Shown: positions 53,711-64,000, counted from the stretch's first letter. The stretch: DNA of 64,000 bases from Iphione sp. A-MEVVRFRX5 (GCA_976226885.1 OZ320318.1:34286001-34350000), one strand, 5' to 3'. The notes: generated by a model not told the origin, from the letters alone. Program-made: numbers and translations.

Positions 53711-56700
53711 ATTTACAATAGAGAGCCAGCTAGGGACTAGCCTAGGTTTTAGGTCTCTCCCTTGGGGTGGTCTCTTAAGAGAATTTTTTTTATAATGTAA
53801 GTCTGTCTGTGTTCGGTTCTTGGAGACCGGGGTCTTTCCCAGCGGTTGATCTTTTAAGGGGATTGGCCTCAGGGTGGGTTTTCACCTGTAGATATAGAGC
53901 TGGACAATACAGAGAGTAACTTAATCCTTGACAAATATACCCAATTGGTACTTTCCTCTAGGGAATTTGACAAACATCTTTTTATTGGTATACAATATAG
54001 TTCATCGAAATAGATGTAACGTTGCTGTGTCTTCTAAATGGAAGTCTCAGCAGTCATATTTTGGAAAGACTGTGCTAAATACACAGAATTCTTTCTCATT
54101 GTCTCTGGTGGTGTACCTCTTTGGCATAACATCAATCTCAATCTGTTTGCCATTCTAGGTGCGAGTGAAGACATCCAGTGGCTGGGGAGACTACAGCCCG
54201 CCACTAACAGCGAAGACCGGAGACACATGTAAGTAGTAAAATCTAATACTGAAGCACTAATTGCGACGAAGCTAGCCTATCCATTTCTAATAAGGAAGTG
54301 TTCCGCACTGAAAAAAAACAAGAACCAAAACACTGGAGCACTACTTATCTGTTATCACCTACCGACAGAAGTATACAACTTTATGATTCCTTTAGCGATT
54401 GTACCTCGAGATTATATTTTGGAAATTCCTCCAAAAGTGAGAAATTCAAAGGTGCCGTAAATGAAGATCTGTCCAAATATTTGAACAAAAACAGGGAAAG
54501 CTTTTGTATTTATTACTTGCATGTATAACACTGTGCACATATATCCACCACTGACACGATTGATATTAACATTAGGTACATGAGTTTTAAACACATATAA
54601 TTATACGTGTAAATATGCATCGTAGTACACATGGCACAGAGCGATAATCGATTAAATGAATAATTTGTTGAGTCACCATGAAATCATTCGGCTTACTTGA
54701 TGCGATGTGTAACGCTGCATTCAATGATATGCCACTAAACTCGAATTGACACGGGGCTGTTCGCAACAGCTTCTGAAAACCCCAAAGTAGATTCATAACC
54801 ACATGCTTGTAATGCTTTGAATGTGCTTACCTTTCCCCGGGCATATATAAGACTGGCTAATAATGAACAGGTCTGGACTAATCTTCTGCCTTCCAGTATG
54901 CATATTGTAGATGACATGTCCTTAGAGCCGTTCACAGGAAGCTTTTGGCTATATAACCATTTAAGATGTGCTTTCTTTTTAAAATGGCTAATTCAGTTGC
55001 ATGCGTCAGTCATATAAATGCAGTCGCCTTATGATATACTGACATTCTCCTAGAATCAATACAGTAGATCTGGTGCTGGCAATATGGATAGGAAACCAGT
55101 ATTCAACCATTTTGACTGAGAGACCATACAAAGGGACAGATCTACACACAAATAAGACGAACCGATAGGACAGATTTATAGGGTGATAAATATCGAGAAA
55201 CGGACAGATAAAAATGCTGTTCGACAAGCGAAAGGTGGGCAGGGAGACCGTTAAGAACAGAAGACGGATATGCACAGAGAGACTGACAGAACGAGCAATT
55301 AATAAAACGTATAGATAAGGGTTGTCACAGCTAATTTAGACATGACCAAGATTTAAAAAAAAAATCTTAACCACATTTTACAACGATCACATAACAAAAG
55401 GGCTCAACAAGCAAGTTAGATAAGTAAATGGTTGTTTGGTCAGTGCTGACGTGTAGGCATTTGGACAAACCATTCCTGTGCAAGATGCCCTCATATTTCA
55501 CACCTTGCTGGTAACGATATACAAGGAGCTTACCTTTGAAAAGCATCAGTTATTTCTCTCTCTGAATCCTCTTGAATTATAAGCGCGTTTTTACTCGCCG
55601 GTTGGAAAGGTCTTACTACATAACGGCTTGCTTTTCCTTTTCCCTCCCTCCTCTGGCGCTGCCGGGCTGTGGCTGTTCTGCCTGCTGTCTACAACCCCCC
55701 TCCTTCTGAACAGTGCTAAGGCATCCGGACGATATAAACAAAGTGAACGCTCCCGCAGATAACCCGGTGGGCATCATCGCCGGCTCGGCGGTTGCTGTCG
55801 TCGTATGCATGGTGATCGTCATCATAATGCTCGTCATTTTCCTCAGAAGGTGAGTCTAAACTCCACGATCTCAAACAGGACCGTCATGCTCTAGCGTCAC
55901 GTCACCTTTTAGAACTCTTTCTTGTCCAACGGGAGGTAAGAATATGACCATTTCCGGTTGATGACACAGGAGTCAACTGCAGTGAAACGGGAAGTAGCCT
56001 CCAGTGTATTTCTTTAAAAGGCCACTATGACATTAGTATCCTACTGTGCAGTATCCCTGGAATTGGTCAGCCATTTTACCTCCTGTTTGAAAAGAGGGGT
56101 TCAGTTTTATAAGCATTTCGTATGCTCAGCCGTACTTACTGTGTACTTCCACCCTCACCAAGGCTGTATTCACTTGGACTTCGGACTCAGGCCTACTGTC
56201 CATTCATCCATGTTTCTCGGCATTTAGAGGATGTGTGCAGACAGGATAGTACAATTGCAGAATATATTGTATTGTATTACGCGCATACTGGCTGTCATGT
56301 TGCAGTCTTCTGATGCAACATGCTGGAAACAAGATGAATGGATAAAAGGACCAAAAGAAGAGAGACTAAACTTCTAGTCTGGACTGAATTTCTTCAACCA
56401 TGTACCAGCCTTGTTACACAAACATTAGCTAAATACATGTTCTGAGCTTGAAGTGCTTGTCCATCGGTTCGCGTCATAACCGATCAGAAATATCATCACC
56501 TATGTTCTCGAACCGTGCAATTTACACTGCAAATGCATTTTCAAAAAATCACCCTTGCACCTGGCATTTCAATGTGATCAAAGCCGCACGTCCATTCATT
56601 TGAGACTCCATTTGGCGAAGAAACACTGTAGCGCAGGTATTATAGGAAATAACTCCTGACGGCGTGTACTGAATAAAACACATAAACTGCAAGAAAATAG

Positions 56701-59700
56701 TGGCATATTTCATTTACTTCGTCTGGGGACGAACGATGGCAATATATTGCAATCCACTGCAAATTACTGCTAATGCAACTTAAATAACCAGTAAGAAAGT
56801 AATATATTTATGTATATACAATGAATTATAGGTGAATTGAGTTACCCTTTCCCATATGATTTTTTAAAAAATCTTCCATGGAAACTTTTAGGAGAAAACA
56901 ACACCCACACATATGTCATGTTTTCAGACCTTCAATGTTTCATAAGGAGTTATGGTCACCATGGCACCATCTGTACGGGAACACCGTCATATTGGATAAT
57001 GACAACTACAATTACTATATTACCTGGTAATTAGGCAGGGAGGAAGAAGCATGAAAGCAGTTTCCAATTGCCTGGAATCTTAAGACAGTTGTAGCTAATT
57101 TAACATTCCATCCTGTTGAATATTCTATAGAATAAATAACTACAGCTAGGTCTAAGTCATTACTCTCCATAGACTCTGCCTAGTAAGTGTAGTCACTAAA
57201 CTTACTCCAGAAGGCATGGATGGTTAATTCTTCTTAGTTACAAAATAAACCAAGATTAAGATATCTTCCTCGAACTGTGTAGAAATTGATTGTTGTGAAC
57301 ATCCTTTGCAGATATATGTATTGTCATCTAAAGAAACACTCTAGAATTAGACTCAGGTTCGTTGGCATGGTTGTAATTAAAATCTGATAGAAATCCTCAC
57401 CGGATCCTCCTTTGTTGAATGATGCCAAGAATTAGAGCATTTCTGTTTAAAAGGAAAAGTGGTTTATAGTCTGTAGGGAAACTTGGGTTCTACCAAGGCA
57501 GCTGCTCCCCATCCAAGGTCTACCCTGTGGCTATTACCTGCAAATGGTGCTTGTATGGTATTGTAAAAGGTTGTTGAATGGGGATAGGACTACCTTGTAC
57601 TCTAGCGGATCCAGGCGAGGCCCAGCTCTATGTAGCCATGTAATCATTATTTATCTCTGTGGAAGATTTAAGACCCGCACATTATCTGCTCATTGGGGTG
57701 TATGGCACTCTTGGATCCGCCATAGTCTGTACAGATGAAAGGGCTGACAGGGGGTAGCTTATATACTGGAAGCCACTCCAACCTCCCTCGTGGTTCCCAT
57801 GGTGACAGTACTGAATGTGTCTCTTGTTGTGGTTACCTTTCAAAGCATGCCCGCCAATGATATGAAGACCTACCTGACATCTTGTTATAAGGGGTACGTA
57901 CAGGTAGAAGCCAAGAGAAAAAACCCAGAGCATTGCTTTATTTTGGCATTGGTGAACCCTGACACAGCCGTACCTGATGAAAACACTTGTGCTAACTCTC
58001 AGTTTCACCTGGTTCTTTTATCCCGAGAATAAAGAGACAAGAGCGGATAATTGCAAATTAACTATATTTGCTGAGGGTATATATATGTGTAGATTATAAA
58101 ATGGAAAAGATAGTATGAGAGAATCCCCAAACAAGTGTTTTTATATCACAAATCCAGATCACTTCACCAACTCATGCATCTACTACTCTCATGCGGGTGG
58201 ATTGTTTGATTTAAGGCATGGTGATGGGAACTTAACCTCTCATTTTTCATTCACTGTTATTGTTGATAATAAAACCAGCTTTATTCACAAACATTTGTGT
58301 TCTACACCCTTTTTTCAAATCAGCGCCTAATCTTGCAATTTTGGTTCATCTCCTCACCAGTTTTGCTCCATTGTATTATATTATGATCAGTACAGTTGGA
58401 GAAACTTTCCTTTTCAAATCCTAGCTTCTTTGGAAGTTAATTTGTGACTTCCTTTAGATGTTGCACATAATTCTGTAGATTCAAGATCATTTCACACCAT
58501 TCTATACACCTCAGTTAGTTTTTAACTGATTTGACCGTTACTAAGCTGAAAACAAAACTCAGAAGCTCAAGAACATAATTATTGTCATGTCGATGAAATT
58601 GTTTTAAAAAGTATCAATGGCTAAGAAGATTTCCTTCGTTATAGTCCCTGCTGACATACGTAGTCCGCAGCTAGTGTATATCTAGGTTAATTAGTAATAT
58701 TGAACGTTCTTTACAGGAATCACAGAGCTTGTAACGAGAAGAACGTCAGCGACTGCGACACTCTTCAGTACAGCAATGGTAAGGCCCTCTTCCACCTGTT
58801 TATCCGGATCTAATCTGCATTGATCAACACGGTGTAAATACATGCTAATGTCTGCTAGTAGGTGTGTTATCCCAGAAGTAGTCTTCATACGTATGATTTT
58901 TTGCATTTGATTTGCTTGTCAATTAAAGGCCATTCTGTTATAGAAGCACGTGATGTTATTTTATTTTAACACGTGACGCTGCTCAATGGAGCCGCACGAA
59001 CGTCGGTCGATAACCTTGCTTTTTTTGCTTATAAAAATGTTGAAAAAGAACTATATTCGGTTTGATTCAAATACAGCTCATTACATGTGTTTTGCCACCT
59101 TAAACGGTTAGCTTTGCTTGGAGCATGTTTTGTAGCCAGATCCTTCGAAACTTACAACCTTCTCCAGGTTCCCTGTGTGACATTACTAGCCTAATAACAC
59201 ATCGTGCCTGCTTTCCATATTCTTTCTGTAACATAATTTTTGATTGGCTGGCATTAGATGTTACTGAGCATGTTATCAACCACTGACGGCCTTCATATTG
59301 GGCAAATTCTGAGCATATGCCTTACCACCTACGTAGAGCCCAGTATAAATGTTCGCACACTGTTGTGCCATGGAAAGTGTTATTTCATAAATCACGAAAT
59401 TATATTACTTTACGTAATCTCTAATTGTTTCACGATGCTCAAAACCCCCAACGTTTGGCAATAGTTGTATCAGTGTCATCCCACTGTCCTCTCGAACAAG
59501 CGTCATCAGCATTATTTTATAAAAATATATCCATGTATTTTTTTTAGTCTGGCTATTTTGAAATTTTTTTTTTCACGTCATTGGAAAAATACCATGTAGA
59601 CCTACCCTCCCTGTAATTTTTATAATACTTGTTAGAAGCCTAGTGTGACCAACCACATGTATATCTCAGCCAAAAAGATCGTTTCTATTCCCACTTCTAA

Positions 59701-62700
59701 ATCACCCCAGACTTGATGTATTCCTTTAATTCACATTTCGAGCAGTACTTATAAACATTACCACGGCGTGGCTTGTCTAAATTTCACCACCTTAACAAAA
59801 GGATGACGTGACAGCCATGACCGATACGGTTGGTCTCACTAAAAGCCTCCCCTACCCCCCCCCTTCTCTGTATGCGTGAAAAGCCATCCTTGTCAGTGGC
59901 CTGCCGTAGTCTTTTTATAAAAGTACCTCCTTCTTTTTTTATCTCTTCCTGCACATCACAGTTCAATGCCCTCCAGTTATCGACAGCGCGAATATGTTAA
60001 ATGGTGGATGTAAGTATATACATATAACCCTACCTGCTCGCCTTATCTCCCCTACCTGCATTAATCTTGGTTTATGCCCTGCTAAAATGTTCAACGTACC
60101 CTCTCCCTGCAGCTCTGTAATGCATGCTCCCTCTTTACCTCCGAAGCCTTTCGTGTTGTGTACCTACCTCTCCTTGTTTAATCATCACTGAGAATAAATA
60201 ATACTGAATAGTTATGTCATCACCAGCTACGCTTAATGAGGAGGTACAGCCAATTTCAACCCGTAGTCGGAGAATGATATTTAACATGGCAGGGATTCAG
60301 CTTCTCACAACGCTTACCCCAGAAAGATACCTGCAGGGAGCACGATCACTAAGTACCAGCGACCCCATCTACTTCACATATAGCTTTAAGGTTTCGGGTT
60401 CCATTTGCTTATCAGCTTAATCAGTCAATGGGTGCATGCTATCTTGCTGAGGGGCTCGGGTTTAGGGTTATTTAGGAGTTCAGAGGGACTGTCCGTACTC
60501 AACCATTGACTCTCTTAGGCCATCATGCTGATGTGAGCGCCGCCTGGCGTGTGTATTTGTAGTGACGGTACCGCTCTTTGCGCCCCCTGGGGCTCTGAGG
60601 ACTTACATTGACCCCCATACGTACGAGGACCCCAACCAGGCAGTGCGTGAATTCACCAAGGAGATCGACGCCTCGCTCATCACTATCGAGTCGGTTATCG
60701 GCGGAGGTAAGGGCCACGTGTGTGCGCTCACACACATACACATACACATACATACACACACTGACATGCCCAATCTACGTACGCATGAGTGTATGACTGT
60801 ATAGTTGAACTCCACCTACTAGACGAACCTACTTCGCAGTACTGACCCTCCAAGGCAACACAATATTTTCTCGCTACTCCATCTAGAAGTAATAACGTCT
60901 CTACATTCATGACGATTTACAACAGTGAATGTATCTTGTAGCAGACCGTAAACGTCACCCATACTGTCTGGCTTATCATAAATGTGTCAGCGATTCGTCG
61001 TATTTTAATATAAAAAAAACCTTCACTTTGTTCCACAGGCGAGTTCGGCGACGTATGCAAGGGAAAGCTGCGTGTGCCGGGCAAGGGCGAGCTTACAGTG
61101 GCCATCAAAACACTGAAAGCAGGCGCCTCGGACAAGAACCGACTCGACTTCCTCACCGAGGCCAGTATCATGGGCCAGTTCGACGACCCCAACGTCATCT
61201 ACCTGGAAGGGGTCGTCACCAAGAGCAATCCAATCATGATCGTCACCGAGTACATGGAGAACGGTTCATTGGACCAGTTCCTTCGTGCCAACGACGGCAA
61301 GTTCACCGTTATGCAGCTCGTGGGTATGATGAGAGGGATTGCGGCCGGGGTGAGGTATTTGGCTGAAATGGGCTACGTTCATCGCGACTTGGCCGCCCGC
61401 AACACGCTCGTCAACGAGAGCCTGGTGTGTAAGGTGGCCGACTTTGGCCTGTCGCGAGAGATCGAGAGTGATACCACCGAAGGCGCTTACACGACAAAGG
61501 TGAGTGAGAGCCTGCTGGGGGGAGGAGGGGAGGGGGCGAACGGGGTGGAGATTGAGGGAGGAGGCCACACACACGATGGCTTGTGGGTTTATAGATGTAG
61601 GGGTTGTGGGGGAGACACGGCGTGGACATCGTGTCGGTTTTTTCCAACCAAACTCGCCCAATTCTGACAATAGTTCTTCTGCCATTTGTTGTATATATAC
61701 ATGTATAGTGTGTAAAGGCATACTTGTATACGAAACGAGGCGAATGGCCGACGAGCCTGAGACTTGTTACAAATGTTTCCACTTTTCAATGAGAAAACAG
61801 ATAATGTAGTAGTGATTCTTCATAAATTTCAAGAGCCACCACTGCCTCATCATCTTTTGCCAACTGTACTACCATGATACGTTTGCACACTGAAAAAATA
61901 AATGAATGGACAGTGCACAAGAAGATTGAAGGAGACACCCCTTCGTTCCTTTGCTTTTCTCATGAAAATGAGGCAAAGTAGCTGTTCCATGATATGAAAT
62001 TTGACATATCCTCGTGTAAACGTTGCATTCTCTTAGCAGTTTTAACAAATCAATTTTTTTTTTCAAATGTGAATCCAGGGTGGCAAGATCCCGGTCCGCT
62101 GGACAGCACCGGAAGCCATCGCTTACCGGAAGTTCACGAGCGCCTCCGATGTGTGGAGCTATGGTGTGGTCATGTGGGAGGTGATGTCCTATGGCGAGCG
62201 GCCATATTGGAACTGGTCCAACCAGGACGTCATCAAGGCTGTCGAGAAGGGCTTCCGTCTCCCACCGCCCATGGTGAGTCTCTTCGAGATTGTGTGTTTG
62301 TGTGTGCTGATACGTCTGTCTCTTCATAAATGTGTGGGTATGTTTATGCCCCTGTGTGTGTCTGTATTTCTTTTGTAAGTTTCTGGATATGTCTATTTTT
62401 CATGAGTATATATGATGTATATATATACATGTATTGCATAGATCATATGGATATTAGATGTTGAGTAGGTAAGAGGACCCCCTCTTTTCACTAACTCCAA
62501 TGGATTCTAATGAACTGGCGTCGACTTTTTTTATGTGGATGACTGCCTTGACGAGTATACTAGTGAGCACCATCCAATTCTGTATCGTCAAGAATGAAAC
62601 CAGTCTAAACTACACACTTTAACCCAATTGTTACAATCGTCTGGTGGATGGAATACAATTAAAATCAGAATCTCAGAGTCCTGTACCGTGATGCCTAGTC

Positions 62701-63649
62701 CCCGGCTACATGTAGATGTAATCAGAGAATATTGAATAGAGAATATAACTTGTTTATTATCGGTGTTGTTATCATTATAAGCTGCACATGTATGTATTGT
62801 TTGTTTTTGATATCTCGTAGGATTGTCCCGAGGCCATCCACCAACTCATGCTCGACTGCTGGCAGAAAGAGCGCTCACATCGACCTAAATTCTCGGCTAT
62901 TGTAAAGACCCTCGACAAACTAATCAGGGCGCCCGAGTTGCTGCGAAAAATCGCCAAAACCAGGTGAGTGAAAATTCCCCACTCCCCCATGATCTTTCCT
63001 CCTACAAGTTCATAATATTTCCCTAGACAGCGTATACTAGGAAAACTCTTATCCCGAGGTTTCTTCTTGCTCAGTGACGCGGAAAAAACACTATATCTGT
63101 CGACCCCTGCTCGTCTATCCTTAAATATAAAGATTCATTAAATTATGAATACCCTTACGTACGCTGACTCATCTTCTCTTTAATATTTTCTTTTCTTTTA
63201 GTAGTCTGTCTTTAATATTTTCTGTTTGTCAATCTTGAATATTTACATATCACTGTCTTTTGTGTTATTTTTGTTCACATAGCATAATCACTGAAAACCT
63301 TATTGACACAAAGATAAATGTAATAGGCAATTGTAAAAAAAATCCGAAATCACACTTATTCGCGGTCGTCTTCTGCAGGCCTGCCAATTACTTCGATCCC
63401 AATGCGGCCGACCTGACGTCGTACGACAGCGTGGAGGACTGGCTGGCCAGCATCAAGATGGAGCGCTACGTGGACCACTTCCTCCAGGCAGGCTACTCTA
63501 GTATGGACATGGTGGCCAACATCAGCCTCAAGGAGCTCACGGCCCTCGGCGTGACGCTTGTGGGCCACCAGAAGAAGATCATGAACAGCATTCAGACGCT
63601 GCGAGCGCAGCTGTGCGACGCCCAGGTCTCCGAGGGCTTCCTCGTATAG
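42760..63649 (+). CDS. Eph: Eph receptor tyrosine kinase (ephrin receptor), spliced and 5'-partial. Exons: join(42760..43429,51178..51333,52324..52504,52847..52971,53432..53658,54159..54228,55714..55849,58717..58778,[59962..60009],60563..60706,61039..61499,62079..62273,62821..62963,63379..63649)
   Basis: All exons are flanked by AG/GT and the phases match consecutively (0-1,1-1,1-2,2-1,1-0,0-1,1-2,2-1,1-1,1-0,0-0,0-2,2-stop). Total is 2841 nt = 946 aa + stop without the cassette. The domain order LBD-CRD-FN3-FN3-TM-JM-kinase-SAM-PDZ-binding tail is diagnostic of Eph receptors. Confidence 0.97.
43636..43737. repeat. (CAGA)/(GA) compound microsatellite in the Eph intron
   Basis: Direct reading. 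Confidence 0.85.
46428..46491. repeat. (GTGC)n/(GC)/(GT) alternating purine-pyrimidine tract
   Basis: About 60 bp of uninterrupted alternation. Confidence 0.9.
48920..49040. promoter_or_regulatory. Intronic homotypic TCAATA/CAATCA cluster with AP-1/E-box composite (candidate enhancer)
   Basis: TCAATA at 48936, 49001, 49013, 49034; CAATCA at 48943, 48968 and reverse 49028; TGAGTCACGTGA at 48921. Confidence 0.35.
50915..51072. other. Assembly gap (158 N)
   Basis: Run of N about 105 nt upstream of the Cys-rich exon. Confidence 1.
51178..51333 (+). CDS. Eph: Eph exon: EGF-like/Cys-rich ([23 protein letters not shown]...CRCVENYYR...PCT)
   Basis: cttgcag|CC ... ACAA|gtgag, 156 nt, phase 1-1. The Cys spacing is typical of the Eph Cys-rich domain. 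Confidence 0.95.
52324..52504 (+). CDS. Eph: Eph exon: FN3 repeat 1, N-terminal part (KPPSEIRNL...[21 protein letters not shown])
   Basis: cccatcag|AG ... ACCAG|gtgag, 181 nt, phase 1-2. Contains the Eph FN3 motif W..P.D.GGR.D..Y. Confidence 0.95.
52847..52971 (+). CDS. Eph: Eph exon: FN3 repeat 1, C-terminal part ([26 protein letters not shown]...VTTQAA)
   Basis: cctccag|A ... GCCG|gtaag, 125 nt, phase 2-1. The L..ST.Y...V.A.NGVS motif is present. Confidence 0.94.
53026..53130. repeat. Compound (GA)/(CAGA)/(GT) microsatellite in the Eph intron
   Basis: Direct reading. Confidence 0.9.
53432..53658 (+). CDS. Eph: Eph exon: FN3 repeat 2 ([10 protein letters not shown]...SLAWEQP...YEIRY...[11 protein letters not shown])
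   Basis: tcaaacag|TG ... GCC|gtgag, 227 nt, phase 1-0. FN3 consensus W/Y/L/Y positions are present. Confidence 0.94.
53664..53710. repeat. (TATC)n tetranucleotide repeat, about 11.75 units, starting 5 nt after the exon/intron boundary
   Basis: Direct reading. Confidence 0.95.
54159..54228 (+). CDS. Eph: Eph exon: end of FN3 repeat 2 ([23 protein letters not shown])
   Basis: cattctag|GTG ... ACAT|gtaag, 70 nt, phase 0-1. The VR..T..GWG.YS motif closes the FN3 domain. Not shown in the ORF track in this frame. Confidence 0.92.
55714..55849 (+). CDS. Eph: Eph exon: extracellular stalk + transmembrane helix ([46 protein letters not shown])
   Basis: ctgaacag|TG ... AGAAG|gtgag, 136 nt, phase 1-2. 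A hydrophobic run of about 25 aa is followed by a basic stop-transfer RR. Only the antisense shadow appears in the ORF track. Confidence 0.92.
58717..58778 (+). CDS. Eph: Eph exon: proximal juxtamembrane ([21 protein letters not shown])
   Basis: ctttacag|G ... AATG|gtaag, 62 nt, phase 2-1. It bridges the phase-2 TM exon to the phase-1 JM exon exactly. SDCDTLxY resembles invertebrate Eph juxtamembrane sequence (from memory). Confidence 0.85.
59962..60009 (+). CDS. Eph: Putative Eph cassette exon, juxtamembrane 16-aa insert ([16 protein letters not shown])
   Basis: Polypyrimidine tract ccttctttttttatctcttcctgcacatcacag|TT, stop-free 48 nt, T|gtaagt donor, symmetric phase 1-1 matching both neighbours. 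Confidence 0.65.
60563..60706 (+). CDS. Eph: Eph exon: juxtamembrane autoinhibitory segment and start of kinase ([48 protein letters not shown])
   Basis: tttgtag|TG ... GGAG|gtaag, 144 nt, phase 1-1. Contains the two conserved JM tyrosines ([10 protein letters not shown]). Confidence 0.97.
61039..61499 (+). CDS. Eph: Eph exon: tyrosine kinase domain subdomains I-VII (GEFGDVCKG...VAIKTLK...HRDLAARN...KVADFGLSR...AYTTK)
   Basis: ccacag|GC ... AAG|gtgag, 461 nt, phase 1-0. GxGxFG, VAIK, alphaC Glu (FLTEA), HRDLAARN and DFG are all intact. Confidence 0.98.
62079..62273 (+). CDS. Eph: Eph exon: kinase subdomains VIII-X ([44 protein letters not shown]...RLPPPM)
   Basis: aatccag|GGT ... ATG|gtgag, 195 nt, phase 0-0. 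Eph-specific motifs are present. Confidence 0.97.
62821..62963 (+). CDS. Eph: Eph exon: kinase subdomain XI ([48 protein letters not shown])
   Basis: ctcgtag|GAT ... ACCAG|gtgag, 143 nt, phase 0-2. Only the antisense shadow appears in the ORF track. Confidence 0.96.
63379..63649 (+). CDS. Eph: Eph last coding exon: SAM domain + PDZ-binding C-terminus (...[18 protein letters not shown]...[18 protein letters not shown]...SEGFLV*)
   Basis: ttctgcag|G ... GTA TAG (stop 63647-63649). SAM consensus and a hydrophobic C-terminal Val are present. Confidence 0.97.
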
Positions 63650-64000
63650 TCACAGCCGACCATAGGTGCATTTTGTGTGGATTATATTACTTCAGACTGC
63701 GATAACGCAGAGTCGATGGCAGGCACATGCATGCAACGATCTTTATTTGATTAGCAAGGAATGGAGGCTAAATGGAGGACAGTTTATTCCATGTTTTCTT
63801 TTTATTTTTTTTTCGATAGAGAATATTCTGTGTATCATTTCTTTTTTGATTACGTGTACATAATGTAGTCTCGACGAAAGAGAGCGAGAGAGAAAGGCGC
63901 CACCCAGGATGACGCCTGTACCTGCCGGCCGTGTTCGGACCGTGTCAATGACGCTTGATGGAATGACGCTTGATGGAAGAGCTATGATATTACACACGCA
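63650..64000 (+). other. Start of Eph 3' UTR (continues beyond window)
   Basis: Directly follows the stop codon. No AATAAA seen before the window end. Confidence 0.7.
63947..63976. repeat. 15-bp perfect tandem duplication AATGACGCTTGATGG x2 in the 3' UTR
   Basis: Read directly from the sequence. Confidence 0.95.

Noticed and set aside
58691-58906. Minus ORF containing [11 protein letters not shown], reminiscent of an RT YADD-type motif
   Set aside because: It overlaps the Eph juxtamembrane exon antisense and has no other RT motifs.
61266-62327. Minus-strand ORFs of 151-152 aa over the kinase exons
   Set aside because: Antisense shadows of coding exons plus intron.
1-64000. CRISPR arrays, operons, rRNA/tRNA genes, intact transposase or RT
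   Set aside because: None seen. The sequence is intron-rich eukaryotic DNA, and the repeats lack unique spacers.

Overview
Eukaryotic (invertebrate, probably protostome/lophotrochozoan) genomic DNA. It has dispersed microsatellites, G/C homopolymer runs, an excess of TACATGTA octamers and one 158-nt N gap. The only intact gene I can support is a + strand Eph receptor tyrosine kinase. I rebuilt it by hand from 13 GT-AG exons (42760-63649) whose phases all join in frame, giving 946 aa: ligand-binding domain, Cys-rich/EGF-like, 2x FN3, TM, juxtamembrane [10 protein letters not shown], kinase, SAM and a C-terminal ...SEGFLV. There is also a likely 48-nt symmetric cassette exon (59962-60009) in the juxtamembrane region. 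The signal peptide and first LBD residues are missing. I could not find them in the 42 kb upstream, so that stretch is probably a very long 5' intron or the regulatory landscape. It holds CpG-rich motif-dense modules (RFX X-boxes, CTCF-like sites, DR1, E-boxes, CCAAT, YY1) and a decayed cluster of three compact intronless ORFs (about 15.9-17.5 kb) that looks like a Polinton/adintovirus-type fragment. No rRNA, tRNA, CRISPR or intact transposase/RT was recognised. All regulatory calls are motif-based predictions, and family recollections still need database checks.
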